From NCBI GenBank assembly GCA_030748735.1, contig JASMLK010000080.1, forward strand, positions 16,697-80,696: DNA of 64,000 bases, given 5' to 3'. The position numbers and the translations under genes were made by a program. Source of the DNA: Myxococcota bacterium (GTDB taxonomy: Bacteria > Myxococcota_A > UBA9160 > UBA4427). The notes beneath the pieces are model-generated. The model saw only the letters and a program-made list of their open reading frames with translations, was not told where the DNA came from and ran no database searches. This document shows, piece after piece, positions 8,935-18,073 of this stretch; the first letter of the stretch is position 1, and every line of letters begins with the position of its first letter.

Positions 8935-9903
8935 TCAAGCTGCGTTGTCGTAGATCGAAGGCCGCGTGCCTACAGGGACGGGCTCCGGATACGCAGCGCT
9001 GAGTGCACGCAGATGGTCGAGATCGTCGAGGCGCTCGAGGTCGAGGCGGGTGGCTTCGCCGCGTTGCTCGAGATCGCGATTGAAGATCCTCGCTACCTCT
9101 TCGAGCGAAAGCGTGTCCTTTGCCAATTCTCGTCGTTCGGCTGCGTCCTGGTAGACATCGGCCTTCCACAGCACGCTGACGCGGTAGTCGGAAAGCGGTG
9201 CGCGCAGGGCTTCCCGTCCCTTGTCGAGGATGACCCAATCTCCGCTGCCGTCGTCGGCGGGCGCGAGCTTCGCACTCGCCGTCACCAACCGCGTTCCCTC
9301 ACCGAGGGGCCCCACCGGCTCGACCTGATGGAACATGTGGTGGTTGTCGCCGATGATCGCGGTATTGGCCATCTCGCCGATGTGACGACGCGGTGGTTTG
9401 TTCGGCCCGTCCGCCCAATAGGCCAGACCGCCGCCTTCTGCGACGTCGTCGAGCCACCAGATGGCAGTCGCCTGACGGATCTCCCAGCGCGTGAACAGCT
9501 CCGACCAGAGCATCGTTCGCAACAAGAACATCGGCGTATTCTGGCGCTCGCGGCCGCGGAACTTCGGGTTGTCGGTGTGAACAGGACCGCACTCACACAG
9601 GCCATACATGATGTTCGTGTAGATGCTCTGGGGAACGATCTCCTCTGCACCCCAGAACTCGCGCGCCGTGTCGATGTACTTCTGGTTCTGGAAGAAGAGG
9701 TCCGAGCCTTCGAGCTTGAAGTCCGCGTGGACCCAATCGTTCTGGAACCACATCGGGCTGTTCTCGACGTCCGGATCCAGACCGGGGCGCATCCAGCCCC
9801 CGAGAGGTGTGTAGGGTGCACTGCGCTCGACGAGTCGAATGACCTCATCGAGGTCGTCGTAGACGTCGCGCAGCAAGATCGGCGGATCGGCGTCGTGCAC
9901 CAT
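8935..9903 (-). CDS. Hypothetical protein (no family recognised; contains H-T-D and a later His cluster)
   Basis: High GC3 coding frame. Start set at MVHDADPPILL, because upstream of it the 410-aa ORF is R/S-rich junk. Contains GPVHTDNP and GDNHHMFHQV. Confidence 0.6.
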   Translation of the reverse strand: MVHDADPPILLRDVYDDLDEVIRLVERSAPYTPLGGWMRPGLDPDVENSPMWFQNDWVHADFKLEGSDLFFQNQKYIDTAREFWGAEEIVPQSIYTNIMYGLCECGPVHTDNPKFRGRERQNTPMFLLRTMLWSELFTRWEIRQATAIWWLDDVAEGGGLAYWADGPNKPPRRHIGEMANTAIIGDNHHMFHQVEPVGPLGEGTRLVTASAKLAPADDGSGDWVILDKGREALRAPLSDYRVSVLWKADVYQDAAERRELAKDTLSLEEVARIFNRDLEQRGEATRLDLERLDDLDHLRALSAAYPEPVPVGTRPSIYDNAA

Positions 9904-9959
9904 GGGGGCGTCCTCCTCGGCCCGCGTCCAGCTGCCGCGGGATGATGACGCCTCGCAAA

Positions 9960-10534
9960 TTGCGTCAACTCGAAGCGGCCGGCAATACGAATCTCGCATA
10001 CGCGAGCCCCGAGACTCGCGTAGCGGATGAGCAGCGACGAATCCGTGACGAGCAGATAGGCGGCATAGAGAAGACTCGCCGCGAACCACGCGGTGATGGT
10101 CGCCCGGTGGCGCGCCAACCCGAGCCCCATTGCAACGCAGAAGAAGAATTCGATGTGCAGCGACCACGCCGGTGGCACCAGCGCCCGGTCAGCGCTGAGT
10201 TGCCCCACGATCGCGAAGATCGAAAGCCATTCCAACGCCGACCCATGCCACTGCAGTCTCGGGTTGACGCTCGCCGCCGCGGCGGGCCACACCACGAGCA
10301 GGCCCAGTGAAAGCAGACACGCGACGAGACAGGCGGGATAGAGACGAAGCGCGCGGTTGCTGAAGAGCGAGTGAGGCCAATTCCGGAATACGGGTAGGTG
10401 CGGTCGAGCACCAACGACATCAAGTAGCCGCTGACGACGAAGAAGCCCCAGCCCCCCCACGCCACCTGGGCGCCCGGCCCGAGATGGGTCACGACCACCA
10501 TGGCGGCAAGGATGTAGCGGAAGCTGCCGAACAT
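9960..10534 (-). pseudogene. Acyltransferase-3 (OafA-like) family gene, frameshifted and truncated
   Basis: N-terminus MFGSFRYILAAMVVVTHLG..GWGFFVVSGYLMS is in frame A (ORF 9965..10534). The family-typical FSNRALRLYPACL.. and further TM helices continue in frame B (part of ORF 9282..10619). The frame switch is near 10380. Total is only ~190 aa, against the ~350+ aa usual for the family. Confidence 0.5.
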
Positions 10535-10775
10535 CGCGCTCGACTCCCCGTGCCCGCGTTCGAAGCCGATCGCACGGGCGCGCAGCCGATGTCGTCATCG
10601 CCGAAGCGGGATGCTCCATTTCCCGGGTGAATCACGCAAATGGATCCGAGGCGCGCCCGCGCGACGTGTGGCAGAGTCGTTCCGAGCCACGAAGCCGCGA
10701 CCAAAATCCTGGCCTCGCCGGTTCGCCTTCCACCCTTCCCCATTTCGTCAGCGCCTCGTCAGGGAGAACGACACC

Positions 10776-11198
10776 ATGGCCTCACGCATTCGAGCGACCG
10801 ACGCAATCGGCTCGCGCTTCGCCCTTCTCGCGTTCGCGACCCTCGTGGTTGCCAGCGGCCTCGCCTGCGCGGGTGATGCACCCAAGGAAGTGATCGAACC
10901 CGTCGAGTTGGTTGCCCGCCTCGGGAATGGGACCGCACCGCTCATCCTCGACGTGCGCACGGAAAAGGAATACGCGGCCGGTCACATCCCGGGCGCGGTA
11001 AACATCTCCCACGACGAACTCGCGCAGCGCATCGGCGAACTTCCCGAAGACAAGAGAACCGAAATCGTCGTTCATTGCCAGAGCGGGCGACGCGCGGGAA
11101 TCGCCGAAAGCCTGCTTCGCGAGAACGGCTTCACGCGTGTGCGCGATCTCGCGGGCCATTGGAAGGCATGGAGTAGCAACGAACGCCCGATGGAATAG
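10776..11198 (+). CDS. Rhodanese-domain sulfurtransferase with signal/lipobox-like N-terminus
   Basis: LILDVRTEKEYAAGHIPGAVNI..VVHCQSGRRA is a Cys active-site loop. AGGGAGA RBS precedes the ATG at 10776. The N-terminal hydrophobic leader ends in LACAG. Confidence 0.85.
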   Translation: MASRIRATDAIGSRFALLAFATLVVASGLACAGDAPKEVIEPVELVARLGNGTAPLILDVRTEKEYAAGHIPGAVNISHDELAQRIGELPEDKRTEIVVHCQSGRRAGIAESLLRENGFTRVRDLAGHWKAWSSNERPME

Positions 11199-11225
11199 CG
11201 AGCGAGCGGCACGCCTGCGGGCGAC

Positions 11226-11969
11226 TCACATGAGCGCGCGCACGACCCCGAGACCCGCGAGCAGCATCAGCAGCCCGATCGCGACACCGCGAAAGCTCCG
11301 CCCACTGCTGCGAGCAAAGCGCCGATTGCCCAACCAGACGCCGAGCGCGAGGGGCAGCAAGCTCCATACGAAGTGCTCGATCACACTGCCCGTCACGAGC
11401 CCGCGCCCTCCCGCAACGGCGAGGGCATAGCTGTCACTCGCGATGAAGTACACGGCGAGGGTCGCGCGCAGGGCGCGCGCGCTCGTTCGGTTCCAGAGGA
11501 AGAGCGCGACGAGCGGAAGTCCGCCGATCCCCGCGGCACCGTTGGCTGCCCCCGAGACCAGGCCCGCCCCGAAGACCTGGGCGGCACCCTGCCCGCCCCG
11601 CAACGTTCCACCAGTCGCAATGGCCAGCGCCGCAGCGAGGATCGCGAGGGAGATCACCAGCCTCATCGTGTCCGCGGGCAGGCGATGGAGGAGTTCTACG
11701 CCAAAGGGGGTGGCGATCAGCGCACCCGCGAGGATCCAGCCCAGCTGCCGCCAGTCGACATCGCGCCAGACGCTCGGGAGCAGGTGGATGCCCGCCGCGA
11801 TCTCGAGCATCAAGACGAGGGGCACCACCTGCGCCGGGGGCCAGGCGAGCGAGAGGCTTCCCACCACGAAGGCCGAAAAGCCGAAACCCGCATAGCCCCG
11901 CACGACAGCGGCGAAGAAGACCGCCGCCAGCGCGAGCCCCAGCGGCAACATGCCGGTCTCTCCGGACAT
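11226..11969 (-). CDS. TSUP (TauE/SafE) family anion permease
   Basis: 247 aa, with ~8 hydrophobic helices. The G-rich motifs VRGYAGFGFS and GAANGAAGIGG are typical of TauE/SafE. Confidence 0.85.
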   Translation of the reverse strand: MSGETGMLPLGLALAAVFFAAVVRGYAGFGFSAFVVGSLSLAWPPAQVVPLVLMLEIAAGIHLLPSVWRDVDWRQLGWILAGALIATPFGVELLHRLPADTMRLVISLAILAAALAIATGGTLRGGQGAAQVFGAGLVSGAANGAAGIGGLPLVALFLWNRTSARALRATLAVYFIASDSYALAVAGGRGLVTGSVIEHFVWSLLPLALGVWLGNRRFARSSGRSFRGVAIGLLMLLAGLGVVRALM

Positions 11970-12066
11970 CTAAGGAAGCCATTCCCCGCACACAGACATT
12001 CGGTCTAAGCTACCCGAAGCACGGTGCTTCCTCCGCCGTTCAGCGCACCCGGCTCGGGAGTCCAGC

Positions 12067-12540
12067 ATGATTCGCTCGATCGCCTTGATGGCCACTGTCG
12101 CGCTCTGCGCTGCGGCCGTGGCTTGTGGTCCGATCGGCCCCCTGCCTGGCGGCCGGCTTCACGGCGAAATCGGTGCGGCGAACCAGGCCGACTGGTCCTT
12201 CGCCGCCGAAATCGAGAACGCACAGCTCGAAACGCGACCCGACAAGCCACATTCGGTCAACACCTGGTTCGTCGCGCTCGGCGCCGCGCTCTACGTCCCG
12301 ACGTCGATGATCCTCGGTCCCAAGGACCCGACGAACCGAGGTTGGGTGGCCAACGTCGACACCGACCCGCGGGTTCGCATCCGGCTCGGCGATCCCGTCT
12401 TCGCTCGCACCGCAGTGCGCGTCGAGGACACGAGCGAATACGAGCGGGCTCGTCTGGCGCTCGAGGCCAAGTACGGGATCGCGGTCGAAGACCGGGACCC
12501 CGAGCGCGTGATCTGGATCTACCGCCTCGACCCGCGCTGA
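12067..12540 (+). CDS. Putative lipoprotein, PPOX/DDN-like split-barrel C-terminal region
   Basis: Lipobox LCAAAVAC|G. WVANVDTDPRVRIRLGD..ARTAVRVEDTSEYERARLALEAKYG resembles the W..N....P.V.V motif of deazaflavin-dependent nitroreductase-like proteins. Confidence 0.6.
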   Translation: MIRSIALMATVALCAAAVACGPIGPLPGGRLHGEIGAANQADWSFAAEIENAQLETRPDKPHSVNTWFVALGAALYVPTSMILGPKDPTNRGWVANVDTDPRVRIRLGDPVFARTAVRVEDTSEYERARLALEAKYGIAVEDRDPERVIWIYRLDPR

Positions 12541-12748
12541 GACCTCGAGTCGCGCGCGGCTGCACACGCGCAAGTCGTGCGCAAGCTCGACTGTCCCCCC
12601 GTGCACTTTTGCGCACGCCCCGGTTGCCACGTCGTTTTCAGGCAACCACAATGCATGAACGTTGCGGTTACCGGCACGAAAGCCCCGCGAGAGTCTGCCC
12701 CCCGCTTTCAGAATCCGTTAGCCCGATGCGCGAGGAGAAACGAAGACG

Positions 12749-13192
12749 ATGAAGGTCGAAAACCAGGTTCTTCCAGACGGGGAAAGGATCAAGGGGTTCC
12801 TCGAACCGGGGCCCGACGGGCCGATCTATATGGTCAACCTGCTCCGCTTCAAAGAGAAAGCAGAATACGAAGACGGCCGAGAGACCGATCTGACCGGTAA
12901 GCAGGCCTATGCGACCTATGGCGAAGGCGTGCAGAAGTTGCTCGCGAAGGTCGGCGGTGGCGGCATGTTCCACGCCGATGTCACCTGGCTCATGCTCGGC
13001 GAAGTCGAAGACCTGTGGGACACGGTCGCGATCGCGATGTACCCCTCGCGCGCCAAGATGTTCGAGATGATGCGCCTACCCGAAATGGCGGAGATCGGAG
13101 CGCATCGATCAGCCGGGTTGGCGGGACAACTCAATATCGAAACGGCGGGTGCGAGCGGGCAGTGGCTCGGCGACGAGGGCTTCGGGACGTAG
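12749..13192 (+). CDS. DUF1330 domain protein
   Basis: PIYMVNLLRFKEKAEY.. and ..DTVAIAMYPSRAKMFEM match the DUF1330 pattern. GAGGAGA RBS present. A second DUF1330 gene lies at 48928..49350. Confidence 0.8.
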   Translation: MKVENQVLPDGERIKGFLEPGPDGPIYMVNLLRFKEKAEYEDGRETDLTGKQAYATYGEGVQKLLAKVGGGGMFHADVTWLMLGEVEDLWDTVAIAMYPSRAKMFEMMRLPEMAEIGAHRSAGLAGQLNIETAGASGQWLGDEGFGT

Positions 13193-13573
13193 CCAGCGCC
13201 GATGCAACCGAAACGATCAAGTGGCGCCTGCGGAACGACAACACCATCCGTGAAGCGATCTACGAGACGGACTTCGACGAAACCAATCGTTTCTTCCTGA
13301 ACCTGCTCCTCGACCCCTTCCGCTTCCGTGAACTGGTGATCGAAGGCAACGGAGAAGTCAACGACGAGTTCCCGATTCGGCGCCGTTCCCGATCGAATAA
13401 CCAAAGCAAAGACGTGACGCGGCCCGTGCCGCGCCGTGGGACCCGGATGCTTCGACCGAAGCGTCCGGGCCCTTTGTCTTCTTGCTGGCAGGCGATGGCG
13501 AGCTGCGGAGTTCTGGCAGGCTCCATACCATCGGGCTGGCAGATCCGAACCCGCACCAGGGAGTCTGCGTACC

Positions 13574-14671
13574 ATGAAGGCTTTGATGATCGGAGGCACG
13601 GGACCCTCGGGCGTCCCGATCGTGCAGGGGTTGGTCGAACGCGGATACGCGGTCGAAATGCTGCACAGTGGGCGCAACGAAGTGCCCGAAACGCCGGGCG
13701 AAGTCGTGCACATCCACGCCGACGTCTACGACCCCGATGCATTGACCGAGGTCCTGGGCGGACGCGAATGGGACCTCGTCATCGCCGCCTATGGTCGCCT
13801 GCGCAAGGTCGCCGAGCTGCTCGAAGGGCGTGCGGGGCGTTTCGTTTCGATGGGTGGGCTTCCGGCGCTCAAGGGCTACATGAACCCGTACGCGTTCCAG
13901 CCCGCCGGCATGCCCGTCCCCACGCCCGTCGACGGTCCGCTGGTACGTGACGAGGCGCTCGACACCAAGGGGCATCGCATCGTACTGACCGAGGAAGCGG
14001 TGCTTCGGCACCAGCCGCGAGCCACGCACTTCCGCTACGCGTTCGTCTACGGCGCGCGTCAGCCGGTTCCCCGCGAATGGCTGATCGTGCGGCGCATTCT
14101 CGACGGGCGCCCGCACATCATCGTGCCCGATGGCGGCCAGACCCTCCATCATTTCGGCTACAACGAAAACCTCGCACACGCGATCCTGCTCTCGATCGAC
14201 AACCCCGACAACACCTACGGACAGATCTACAACGCAGCCGACAGCGAAGTGCTGACCCTGCGCGCGGTGGTCGAGCTCATCGCGACCGGCCTCGACCACG
14301 ACCTCGAGATCATCAACATGCCGTGGGAACTCGCGATCCCCGCACGGCCGTTGATCACGCAGCCCGAAACCACCCACCGCGTCGTCGACACGACGAAGAT
14401 GCAGCGCGACTTCGGTTACCGCGATCTCGTGCCGCCACGCGAGGCCGTGGTGCGCACCGCGAAGTGGTTGGCCGAAAACCCGCCCTCCGCCGAGCAGGAA
14501 AACATCCTCGAAGACCCCTTCGACTACGCCGCGGAAGACGCCTTGATCGAACAATGGAAGAAGGCACTGGCCACGATGCAACCCGTCGAATGGAAGACAC
14601 TGCCGGGCTATGGGATGGCGTACAGCGGTCCGGGCGGTCGCGCGCGGACGAAGGCGACGTTCGAGGAATGA
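13574..14671 (+). CDS. NAD-dependent epimerase/dehydratase family (extended SDR)
   Basis: MKALMIGGTGPSGVPIVQGL is a Rossmann N-terminus. AGGGAG precedes the ATG at 13574. Upstream of it, ORF 13436..14671 is not protein-like. Confidence 0.85.
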   Translation: MKALMIGGTGPSGVPIVQGLVERGYAVEMLHSGRNEVPETPGEVVHIHADVYDPDALTEVLGGREWDLVIAAYGRLRKVAELLEGRAGRFVSMGGLPALKGYMNPYAFQPAGMPVPTPVDGPLVRDEALDTKGHRIVLTEEAVLRHQPRATHFRYAFVYGARQPVPREWLIVRRILDGRPHIIVPDGGQTLHHFGYNENLAHAILLSIDNPDNTYGQIYNAADSEVLTLRAVVELIATGLDHDLEIINMPWELAIPARPLITQPETTHRVVDTTKMQRDFGYRDLVPPREAVVRTAKWLAENPPSAEQENILEDPFDYAAEDALIEQWKKALATMQPVEWKTLPGYGMAYSGPGGRARTKATFEE

Positions 14672-14699
14672 CGTCGGCGCTGTCTGGGTGATGCTGGGA

Positions 14700-15932
14700 T
14701 CAGAGCGCGTCGAGCCAGTCCGCGAACCCGAGGCGGTCGATCGACGCCACGCTGCGCCGCAGGATCGCACGCACGGTGTCTTCGCGTTCGGTGAGTGAGC
14801 CCAGTCCCAGCGATACGGCGGCCACCATCAGGGTCTGGAACGCGTAGGCGCGGTACTGCGCGTCGGTCGCCTCGCGAGAGATGTCGACTCCGAAGCTGCG
14901 CAGGGCATCGAGGTAGCCATCGATCAACTCGCCCTCGGCTTCGGCCAGCACCTCGGGTTCGAGGGAGTTGGACAGGTGGTACTGAACGTCGCGCAGCGGA
15001 CCGCACCACTGCAACCCCTGGAAGTCGATCAAGCCCACGCGGCGCCCCTGTTCGCCGTCATATTCGAAGCAGTTCGCAAGGTGGCTATCGCCGTGGATCA
15101 AGGTCAGCGGCCCACCGTACCAGGCCTCCATCAGGGCGTCCCATTTCGCGATCGCGCGTCGACACAGCGCGGCGTGCTGCTCGCCGAAGAGGTCGGGAGC
15201 ACGACGCTGCGTGGGGGCGATCGCCGCGGCGTTCAATGCGCGGCTACGCGCGCTTCCGCCGGAAGCCAGATAGGTATGGAGGCGCATGGGGAAGATGCGC
15301 TCGCGCTCCTCGACCGACAGGTCGTAGAAGGACGCATGCAGCTCCGCGAACGTGCGCAAGCAACGCGCTGAGCGATCGACGCTGGTGCCCGCCGCCATGT
15401 CGCGGTTGATGAACATCCGCACGGTCGGATCTTCGGTCAGGTTTTCGAGAAGCAGCACGAAGCGACTGCCCCGCTGCACTGCGGCATGGACGCGGGGCAC
15501 TCGTACGGGAATGCGATGCGCGACCTGCGAACAGAAGACGACTTCCGTTTCCCAGAAACCCACCGCGTTCGCGAAGGCACGGGTCGCGAGTTCCGGGCAT
15601 GGAAGTTTCGCGTAGAGGGTTGGTGGGTGCGGAGCTTCAGTGCCGTCCAACCCGTCTTCGAACTCGACATCGACCAGGAAGTTGGTGCAATTGCTGCTTT
15701 CGAACGTGTGACCGGAATAGCGAGCGCCAACCAGCGTGGGGAGTGTGCGTCCAGAAGCGGGGGCTGCGTCTCGCAGAAGCGCTTCCACGACATCGGCCCG
15801 CGCGAGTTGCTCGGCGGTTCGTGGCAGTGACGCGCCGAAGGACTCGCCAACACGATCAGCACCGAGGCGCAGCAACGAACCCAGCCCCCGACCGATGAGC
15901 CCCGCTGTGCCGCCCACTTCGCTTCGATTCAT
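14700..15932 (-). CDS. Phosphotransferase (APH/choline-kinase-like) family kinase
   Basis: LIHGDSHLANCF..VGLIDFQ provides the Brenner HxDxxxxN motif and the DFQ catalytic motif. Confidence 0.8.
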   Translation of the reverse strand: MNRSEVGGTAGLIGRGLGSLLRLGADRVGESFGASLPRTAEQLARADVVEALLRDAAPASGRTLPTLVGARYSGHTFESSNCTNFLVDVEFEDGLDGTEAPHPPTLYAKLPCPELATRAFANAVGFWETEVVFCSQVAHRIPVRVPRVHAAVQRGSRFVLLLENLTEDPTVRMFINRDMAAGTSVDRSARCLRTFAELHASFYDLSVEERERIFPMRLHTYLASGGSARSRALNAAAIAPTQRRAPDLFGEQHAALCRRAIAKWDALMEAWYGGPLTLIHGDSHLANCFEYDGEQGRRVGLIDFQGLQWCGPLRDVQYHLSNSLEPEVLAEAEGELIDGYLDALRSFGVDISREATDAQYRAYAFQTLMVAAVSLGLGSLTEREDTVRAILRRSVASIDRLGFADWLDAL

Positions 15933-15940
15933 CGTTGAAC

Positions 15941-16594
15941 TCAGCCCTCGCTGGGGACGCCGAAGTATTCCATGTAGCGACTCAGTGCGGCTCGCTCGCG
16001 GTCCGCGGTGCCGTCTCCACCGCCGCCCGTCTTGTAGTCGTGCTTGCCGAAGACGCCCCTGGGTTTGTTGTCGAGATACGCCTTGCCCTTGGCGGCTTCA
16101 CTGTCGTTCATCGTCGAGCCGATCTCCCGATAGGCAGCCGTGATCGCCTCCATCGGATCCTGGCAGAAGTCCTGATAGATGACGTTGGCGAACTGCCCTT
16201 TCGGGATCGTGCCATCCTCCATCCAGCCGGTGCTCCGATCCCACATCTTGACGCGCCCCTCCACCATCATGACCTCGTCGAGCATGCTGCCGCTCCAGGG
16301 GGCGTCCGTACGCCACCCGTAGATGGTGCCCTGAACGCTGACGACGGAATCGGTCGTCGTGACCTGGTCTCGATGCATGAAGATCAGCTTGGCGTCCGGG
16401 TAGGTCTCGAGCAACTGCGGCAGCACCGGCATGTGGGTGGGGCCCTCGAGAAGCCAGTGAGGCTTCTTGTACTTCCACTGCAGCAGCTTCAAGATCCGCT
16501 GATGCCACTCGAAGGTCTCGCATCGGATAGAAACCGAGCGCCGCCCAGGGGTTGCGTGCGGGGGTGGCCACTCCATCTTCGGAGGCCCCCGCAT
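15941..16594 (-). pseudogene. Sulfotransferase-family C-terminal fragment (5'-truncated paralog of 16695..17942)
   Basis: FEWHQRILKLLQWKYKKPHWLLEGPTHMP..FMHRDQ aligns with FKWHRRFLQVLQWKAPGKRWALKSPQHLW..QTHRDP of the upstream gene. About 270 N-terminal residues, including the PAPS P-loop, have no room between 16594 and 16695. Confidence 0.45.
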
Positions 16595-16694
16595 CGGCAC
16601 CCACCGCAACGAGTACGACGCGGCCGAGCACGAGACGAACCCAAGATGGGACGCGACGTTTCGAATTCGTGGGACTGATGCATCGCGCTGTTTC

Positions 16695-17942
16695 CTATAC
16701 CGATTCGCGTTCGATATCGAAGTAGCGCCGATAGCCTTCGAAGCGCTCGCGCACTTCGCCCTCATTGAGCCCGGTGTCTGCGAAGCGGTAGAAGTGCTTG
16801 CCGTGTTTGTCGGCCGGGTTGTCGTCGAGGAATTGCCGCATGGCCGCGGCGGCCTCGTCGGAAAGCTCGAGGCCGAAGTGCTCGTACGCGCGGCGCACGG
16901 TTCCGACCTGATCCTGAATGAAGTCGCGAAAATGAAGATCGACCACCTGCTCCCGCGGCAGCGCGCCCGACTCGCGGTACGCCACCGTGTTGTCGTACGC
17001 CTGGGCGAGCGCCTTCGCGTAGTACCGCGCCGCCTCGGGCAGTGACACCGCGTCGCTCGAAAGACGCCGCAGGGTCGCGGCCAGACTGCTGATCGAAACC
17101 AGCACCCGCGCGGGGTCGCGATGCGTCTGCACGAAGAGCGCGTCCGGGTACTCGCGATGAACATGCTGCAGGTGCCAGAGGTGCTGCGGCGACTTCAGCG
17201 CCCAACGCTTGCCGGGCGCCTTCCACTGCAACACCTGCAGAAAGCGACGGTGCCATTTGAAAGCGCTCTTCATGTCGCTGGCTGCAACCCACTGGTCGTA
17301 GGTCGAAACGTCGAACTGCACCTGATAGATCATCGATGCGAAGTCGTGGGACAACATGGCGACGCATTCCTGCGCACGCTCCGCCCCCATCGGGTGCATC
17401 TTCTTGAATTCGGGAACCAGCTGATCGACGCGATCGAGATCGGCCTGCACCTGCGCGATGCGGGGATCGCTGCGAAAGGTCGCGGTCTCCGGCGGTGGGA
17501 GCGGGTAACTCACCTCCCAGGTGAGTGGCACGCGGTTGTCCGGGTCCATCTCGAGCAAATCGTGGAAGATGGTCGTCCCCGACCGCGGTGGCCCGACGAC
17601 GATGATCGGCCGTTCGATGCGTTGCTCGGCGACTTCGGGGTGCTGCTTGAAGAAGTCGACGAGCTTCAGTCGGTTCTCCAGCGTTCGAAGCAGGTCAGCG
17701 CGCGCGACCATGCGCCCCATCAGGGTGAGGCGGGCTTCGGCCTCGAGTCCCTCGAGGAGCAACGCGAGGGGCTCGCGAAAACCCTCACCACCGAAGTCAT
17801 CGAGCCCGCTGTTTTCTCGCGCCTTCGCGAGCAGGCTCTGCAAATCGAGTTTCACGGGCGTGAAGCCGAGCCCCTGGGCCGCGCGGCCGGCGGCATTCAT
17901 CATGCGGACGGGAAGGGGAAGCCGGCTCGTGTGTTCGCTCAT
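16695..17942 (-). CDS. Sulfotransferase family protein
   Basis: VVGPPRSGTTIFHDLL is a PAPS 5'-phosphosulfate-binding loop; KSPQHL..THRDP also present. Start set at MSEHTSRL (ATG 17942). The longer ORF to 18224 overlaps the next gene. Confidence 0.8.
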   Translation of the reverse strand: MSEHTSRLPLPVRMMNAAGRAAQGLGFTPVKLDLQSLLAKARENSGLDDFGGEGFREPLALLLEGLEAEARLTLMGRMVARADLLRTLENRLKLVDFFKQHPEVAEQRIERPIIVVGPPRSGTTIFHDLLEMDPDNRVPLTWEVSYPLPPPETATFRSDPRIAQVQADLDRVDQLVPEFKKMHPMGAERAQECVAMLSHDFASMIYQVQFDVSTYDQWVAASDMKSAFKWHRRFLQVLQWKAPGKRWALKSPQHLWHLQHVHREYPDALFVQTHRDPARVLVSISSLAATLRRLSSDAVSLPEAARYYAKALAQAYDNTVAYRESGALPREQVVDLHFRDFIQDQVGTVRRAYEHFGLELSDEAAAAMRQFLDDNPADKHGKHFYRFADTGLNEGEVRERFEGYRRYFDIERESV

Positions 17943-18073
17943 CAAGAGATCCTCGAAAGAAGCGGACGTTACGCAATCGATCGAACGCCACCAGTCTGGA
18001 AGATGTGTAAGACTGCGGCTCATGGTCGGCGGCCTGCGTTGACGCGGCGGCGCGGCGGCGCGGCGGCGCGGCG

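Noticed and set aside
9282-10619. 445-aa minus-strand ORF as a single real gene.
   Set aside because: Only its middle (~9960-10388) looks like acyltransferase-3 helices. The 5' part is junk. The 3' part overlaps the better-supported gene 8935..9903 in another frame.
10776-11969. Rhodanese plus TSUP permease pair as a selenium-delivery or transport module linked to the Sec genes.
   Set aside because: This is plausible only by loose analogy, since rhodanese domains do occur in selenium metabolism. The rhodanese has an ordinary Cys loop, and nothing in the sequence ties the pair to selenium. It is too speculative to report as a finding.
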